A DNA stretch of 64,000 nt from Deltaproteobacteria bacterium (GTDB lineage: Bacteria; Desulfobacterota; Deferrimicrobia; Deferrimicrobiales; Deferrimicrobiaceae): the NCBI GenBank assembly GCA_032125195.1, contig JAQBCN010000064.1, forward strand, positions 13,501 through 77,500, given 5' to 3'. Both the position numbers and the translations under genes were made by a program. The notes under the pieces were generated by a model. The model saw only the letters and a list, made by a program, of their open reading frames with translations. It made no database searches and was not told the DNA's origin. Below, in pieces: positions 63,453-64,000 of this stretch (positions within the stretch are counted from its first letter, which is position 1; the number at the start of each line of letters is the position of its first letter).

Positions 63453-64000
63453 ATGGATTCCGGAATGGGCGACACAATGGAGACAACCGCTTCGGGCGGT
63501 CTGTGGAAATCGTACCGGGGGTATTGGATCGCGGTTCCGTTTGCCGCGGCGTGGATCCTGTCCATCATGTCCTGGCTCGGGATCTGCTCCAACGGTTGCG
63601 AGGAATCGCATCTGTACCGGTTTTTCGGATTCCCGCTATCCCCCCTCGGCGTCGGATATTTCACATTGTGCGGACTCGTTTATCTCACCAGAAACCGGTT
63701 CCGATTCTGCGGTTTTCTGATCCCCCTTCTGCTCTCCGGCGCACTCGGATCGGAATTCGTTCTCGTCTGGATTCAGAAGTATGTTATTGGAAGGTGGTGC
63801 CCGCTGTGCGTCGGAATCGCCCTCTCGGTCGCAACGGCGTGCGTGCTGATCGCCCTGGAGCGATTGCCCGGGGTTGCAACCCGAATTCGTGGCGGAGAAA
63901 GGAATCTCGTGATGAAACGGCTCGCGGGCAAGATGGCCCTGATTCTCTTGGTGTTCCTCGCCGGCATGGGTGTAACCGCGACGGGTCTGAAGAAACCCGA
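63453..64000 (+). CDS. Vitamin K epoxide reductase (VKOR) family membrane protein. 5' partial; it runs off the window end
   Basis: Manual translation of the + strand gives MDSGMGDTMETT...ICSNGCEESHLYRFFGFPLSPLGVGYF...KYVIGRWCPLCVGIALSV... This contains the loop Cys pair and the TM CxxC of VKOR. The ORF is absent from the supplied track because it has no stop codon within the window. Confidence 0.7.
   Translation, partial: MDSGMGDTMETTASGGLWKSYRGYWIAVPFAAAWILSIMSWLGICSNGCEESHLYRFFGFPLSPLGVGYFTLCGLVYLTRNRFRFCGFLIPLLLSGALGSEFVLVWIQKYVIGRWCPLCVGIALSVATACVLIALERLPGVATRIRGGERNLVMKRLAGKMALILLVFLAGMGVTATGLKKP

Noticed and set aside
63188-63664. 158-aa minus-strand ORF at the window end
   Set aside because: It is antisense to the cupin gene's 3' end and the VKOR gene's 5' end. 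The + strand readings carry recognisable motifs.

Overview
This is a 64 kb, very GC-rich chromosomal segment (roughly 65-70% GC by eye). It is packed with co-directional housekeeping operons, almost all on the + strand. I called genes from conserved motifs in the ORF-track translations, not from ORF length. Because of the GC content the six-frame track contains many long antisense ORFs that are spurious.

Gene content in order along the window:
- A partial rapZ, then a complete mannose-family PTS (IIA, IIB, IIC, IID), ptsH and ptsI.
- metK and ahcY (SAM cycle).
- lptG and lptF on the - strand, divergent from ribF.
- Two copies of a GC-rich ~70 bp repeat at the 5' end of an htrA-like protease gene. 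A third, reverse-oriented copy lies between hisF and hisI.
- A small unknown ORF, rluD, pgeF, rho, rpmE, thyX, a DUF1385 gene, prfA, prmC and murA.
- The his cluster hisD-B-H-A-F-I, followed by a HIT-family gene.
- The macromolecular-synthesis operon rpsU-yqeY-dnaG-rpoD with a near-consensus promoter.
- A tRNA with a CAT anticodon, with its own promoter and terminator.
- nif3, a COG1579 zinc-ribbon gene and rnhA, which overlaps the 5' end of RNase P RNA (rnpB).
- A complete division and cell-wall cluster: mraZ-rsmH-ftsL-ftsI-murE-murF-mraY-murD-ftsW-murG-murC-murB-ddl-ftsQ-ftsA-ftsZ. It is preceded by a promoter with MraZ-type direct repeats. Its ftsI carries a C-terminal PASTA domain.
- A radical SAM gene with a B12-binding-like domain immediately after ftsZ.
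- yjbQ (- strand), maf-yggS-proC-yggT-yggU, ilvE (- strand) and fkpA.
- An MFS transporter fused in frame to an unknown ~300-aa domain. That domain has its own Shine-Dalgarno sequence, a TTG start and a signal-peptide-like segment.
- A small accessory cluster of DinB-family, TetR, crotonase, hotdog thioesterase and cupin genes, containing a 12-bp perfect palindrome.
- A 5' partial VKOR-family gene that runs off the window end.

No mobile elements, CRISPR arrays or recognisable defence systems are visible.

Caveats: coordinates that depend on start-codon choice are approximate (about ±3-30 nt). They were computed from the ORF track rather than by counting nucleotides. No database searches were possible, so every family call is motif-based.
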